10,372 bases of DNA from Tolypothrix carrinoi HA7290-LM1 (lineage in GTDB: Bacteria > Cyanobacteriota > Cyanobacteriia > Cyanobacteriales > Nostocaceae), in assembly GCA_019358935.1 (NCBI GenBank), contig JAHHIK010000182.1, positions 1-10,372 on the forward strand. The letters run 5' to 3'. The position numbers and the translations under genes were made by a program. The notes under the pieces were generated by a model. It made no database searches. It had not been told where the DNA came from and saw only the letters and a program-made list of their open reading frames with translations. The stretch's first letter is position 1; each line of letters begins with the position of its first letter. Shown here piece after piece: positions 8,072 through 10,372 of the stretch.

Positions 8072-8099
8072 TTCCAATCTCAGATTTGAGTGATAACTT
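8072..8099 (+). promoter_or_regulatory. Candidate promoter for an orphan transcript
   Basis: TTCCAA (8072-8077)-N16-TAACTT (8094-8099) with an extended -10 TG at 8091-8092. Confidence 0.35.
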
Positions 8100-8104
8100 A
8101 AATA

Positions 8105-8375
8105 GTAGGACACCAAAGAAACCACAACCAAAGTCAAAGGGCAAATGACTTCGTGTCCCCCGTCATCAGCCCAAGCAAATAGCAGCATAAAAAATGAGTG
8201 GCACTGCCCCTAAGTTGAATAGGGAAGCCAAATCCTAAAACGGAAAAACGTAAATATGCTGAGTTTGCCCGTTGTTGTATCCACCCTAGTTGTTGACTGA
8301 TTCTATTACTTAGCAAGTTTAACAATTTGAGAATCACAAACTTTGAAAAACCTGGTCAACCTTGACCAGGTTTTT
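8105..8375 (+). ncRNA. Candidate structured small RNA (about 270 nt), family not recognised
   Basis: Nested complementary segments between a candidate promoter and a strong terminator, with no long + strand ORF. Ends and strand are inferred. Confidence 0.45.
8346..8375. terminator. Intrinsic terminator, potentially bidirectional
   Basis: AAAAACCTGGTCAA-CC-TTGACCAGGTTTTT: perfect 14-bp inverted repeat with A5/T5 tracts. Confidence 0.85.
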
Positions 8376-8509
8376 GAGTGTTTTAGTGCTTTTATAATGA
8401 ATAATACGATGATTATTATCTATACGGCAGAAAGAAGATAACGCTAACAAAAGGTACTTCACCTAGTTTACATTTATCAACTAGCCAGCACATGTAAGCT
8501 GTTTTTCGC

Positions 8510-8537
8510 TTGCAACTTTGTCAAGCGCGAATACAAT
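8510..8537 (+). promoter_or_regulatory. Candidate sigma70-type promoter for the lipoprotein gene
   Basis: TTGCAA (8510-8515)-N16-TACAAT (8532-8537), 26 nt before ATG 8564; overlapped by the inverted repeat CGCTTG (8507-8512)/CAAGCG (8522-8527). Confidence 0.4.
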
Positions 8538-8563
8538 AGGACAAGACATCCGGCTGAAATTTA

Positions 8564-9280
8564 ATGATAAATCATAAGTTGAAGAAAATTACTACAGCTA
8601 TTATCGTCGCTATACTTTCTTCCTCATGTCAGGCAAATGTTTTTAGAAAAGCAGAACAGGCAAAAACTTCTTCAATTGCCGAGGAAAAGTCACAACCCAA
8701 TATTGTCTACGGCGATTTAATCTTGAAAGAACAATCAGATTATCTGATGATTCCAGTTAATATCAAAAATTATTATCCAATTAGTAGAAAAATTTCTTTA
8801 GATTCTTCAGCTTATTCTGAGAAAGAAATTGAATTGTATAATCTTATATTTTCAAATAAAAAAAATGGTGAAACACATCTATTACTAAAGAAAAAAGCAA
8901 TTATAACTTCCTTTGATTTTTTGGATAAAAAAGAACAGGAAAAGCCATCAACAAGATTTTGGTTGTATAGAATAATTGAAAACGATACAAACAAAGATAA
9001 TAAACTTAACTCCCAAGATGCCATTATTGGATATATATCAGATTCGTCAGGAAAGAATCTCCAGCAAATTACCCCGAACAATACTCAACTCATTAGTTGG
9101 ACAATTGTTCAAAGTGTTGGTGCTATTTTTCTAAAAATTATTGAAGACTCTGATAACGACAAAAAATTTACAGAACGAGACAAGATAAATTTTATCAAAG
9201 TTAATCTTAATAAACGTGCGATCGCCGCTGAAATTATTAGCGACCAAATAGATCGAGAAATTAAGTCATATCTGAAATAA
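8564..9280 (+). CDS. Hypothetical lipoprotein with two EF-hand-like acidic loops
   Basis: Basic N-terminus, hydrophobic stretch and lipobox-like LSSSC (Cys22); loops DTNKDNKLNSQD and DSDNDKKFTERD. Confidence 0.75.
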   Translation: MINHKLKKITTAIIVAILSSSCQANVFRKAEQAKTSSIAEEKSQPNIVYGDLILKEQSDYLMIPVNIKNYYPISRKISLDSSAYSEKEIELYNLIFSNKKNGETHLLLKKKAIITSFDFLDKKEQEKPSTRFWLYRIIENDTNKDNKLNSQDAIIGYISDSSGKNLQQITPNNTQLISWTIVQSVGAIFLKIIEDSDNDKKFTERDKINFIKVNLNKRAIAAEIISDQIDREIKSYLK

Positions 9281-9288
9281 ATCTGCTT

Positions 9289-9314
9289 GTAGTAAGCGCT
9301 TAAGCGCTTACTAC
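9289..9314. repeat. Perfect 26-bp GTAG-type palindrome between convergent genes
   Basis: GTAGTAAGCGCTTAAGCGCTTACTAC equals its own reverse complement. Confidence 0.9.
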
Positions 9315-9319
9315 GAACA

Positions 9320-10252
9320 CTATGCAATAGACAAAACCCAATCTCGTAAAAGTGGGTTTAGTTGATTCGGTACTTCATCATGAGGACAGTGACCGGCTTG
9401 CAAGAAGTATTCTGTCAGTTGAGGATAGTATTGGCGAAACTTCAAAGAACGTTCTCTGGCATTCATCCAAGGGTCAGCTTCTCCCCATAACATCAACAAC
9501 GGACAAGTTAATTGCTGCAATAACACTTCATTTTTCTCTCCTTGAGGAGTGCTAAACATCGAAGCAAACACATCCACCGCACCAGGATCGTTAGAAGGTC
9601 GATGAATTTCTTCTATCAACTGGTCTGTAATCGCACTTTTGTCAAGATACACTTTCTCTAAAGTTTGGCGAATTACCCAACGCTGTCGCACATATTGAAA
9701 TAAAATAAACTGAGCCAAAGGTTGTTGAAAAATCCATTTCACAACGTCACCCAATAGCTTTTGCAGTGCGTCTGTTTGCTTGGGAGGCTGAATTTCTGGT
9801 TGTAACGCTTCCGGTTCTGATGAAGTCTGATTTTCGCTAAAGGGTCCAGCACTGTTAAGCAAAACCAAACCCGCTGCCGCATCAGGACGTTGCGCTGCTA
9901 AACACAAGCAAGCGTACCCACCAAGGGAATTACCTGCTAAAACCGCTTTTTCACCAATCACTTCAGTGATAAAATCATAAAGTTGGTCGCGCCATAAGTT
10001 ACCGCTATATTCCAACTTTGGTTTAGCAGAACGTCCGTATCCCAAAAGGTCGATCGCAAAAACTTCAAAATCGTTACACAGTCCTGTGATATTCTTACGC
10101 CAGTGGTCAGTAGAAGCACCAAACCCATGCACTAACAGCAAAGGTGGATGTTGGGGATTTTTTTCTCCCGCTCTTACGTAGTAAACGTTGTGCCCTCTCC
10201 ACTGCCAATATTTTCCCGGAATCGGGGTTGTAGCTGGGCGTGTAGTTGCCAT
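9320..10252 (-). CDS. Alpha/beta-fold hydrolase
   Basis: Oxyanion motif LLVHGFGAS, nucleophile elbow GNSLGG, acid WGEADPW, catalytic His AGHCPHDE. Confidence 0.93.
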   Translation of the reverse strand: MATTRPATTPIPGKYWQWRGHNVYYVRAGEKNPQHPPLLLVHGFGASTDHWRKNITGLCNDFEVFAIDLLGYGRSAKPKLEYSGNLWRDQLYDFITEVIGEKAVLAGNSLGGYACLCLAAQRPDAAAGLVLLNSAGPFSENQTSSEPEALQPEIQPPKQTDALQKLLGDVVKWIFQQPLAQFILFQYVRQRWVIRQTLEKVYLDKSAITDQLIEEIHRPSNDPGAVDVFASMFSTPQGEKNEVLLQQLTCPLLMLWGEADPWMNARERSLKFRQYYPQLTEYFLQAGHCPHDEVPNQLNPLLRDWVLSIA

Positions 10253-10372
10253 TTAACTAAGTCCTAAAGTAGTGGGATAAATCGGAATATTTCGATATAA
10301 ATCAGAATCCATAACTGTATCCGTCCTGTGAATGCATTTTTGTAAACTTATCCAAAGTCCCGCCTATCCGCT
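10247..10372. mobile_element. Right copy of the repeat, inverted, truncated by the window edge
   Basis: 10247-10371 is the exact reverse complement of 1-125 and overlaps the first two codons of the hydrolase. Confidence 0.65.

Larger units (their letters stand above)
3383..9225. repeat. Dispersed HIP1 octamers GCGATCGC at 3383, 3806, 4277 and 9218
   Basis: Four perfect copies plus several one-mismatch copies; a cyanobacterial hallmark. Confidence 0.9.

Noticed and set aside
8140..8175. Hammerhead-ribozyme-like core on the minus strand (CTGATGA...GAAG)
   Set aside because: GAAG instead of GAAA, stem II cannot close, and I find no matching stems I and III.
8218..8240. Cobalamin-riboswitch-like AATAGGGAAGCC...AAATCC
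   Set aside because: The GGTG stem, the CCC/ACTGT elements and the B12 box are missing, and no cobalamin-related gene follows.
8134..8337. 67-aa minus-strand ORF
   Set aside because: No recognisable motif or SD, and it starts immediately after the bidirectional terminator on that strand; probably a shadow ORF.
6205..9280. GNAT + zinc ribbon + aspartic protease + lipoprotein as a single toxin-antitoxin or defence system
   Set aside because: Mixed orientations, long spacers, an intervening terminator and no antitoxin-like partner; nothing in the sequence links them functionally.
620..9555. Short overlapping or antisense ORFs (620-820, 1227-1439, 1505-1705, 2560-2790, 2869-3057, 5215-5493, 5733-6032, 6181-6366, 6909-7208, 8812-9081, 9109-9327, 9352-9555)
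   Set aside because: They lie on or opposite well-supported genes and show no recognisable motifs.
10340..10372. Terminal repeat as a group II intron 3' end or linear-replicon telomere
   Set aside because: No domain V motif precedes it, and the enclosed genes are chromosomal core genes with no replication or phage functions.

Overview
Chromosomal segment from a filamentous, probably Nostocales-type cyanobacterium (four perfect HIP1 GCGATCGC sites, heptamer STRR arrays, GTAG palindromes). Genes in order: Crp/Fnr-family regulator (+), NAD-dependent sugar epimerase (-), purD (+), nblS/hik33 sensor kinase (+), GNAT acetyltransferase (-), zinc-ribbon membrane protein (-), clan AA aspartic protease (+), putative lipoprotein (+) and an alpha/beta hydrolase (-). 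The gene content is mostly core and I see no new multi-gene protein system. The interest lies in non-coding structure: (1) both window ends are the same 125-bp sequence in inverted orientation, probably the end of a multicopy mobile element, and its junction creates an SD+ATG that is the start codon of the hydrolase; (2) an orphan promoter / nested-stem / strong-terminator unit at about 8070-8375 that looks like an unannotated structured RNA; (3) a 29-nt insert splitting a HIP1 site and rewriting the protease C-terminus; (4) a perfect 23-bp-arm palindrome upstream of the Crp gene; (5) nested small repeats (MITE-like, GTAG-REP-like, STRR).
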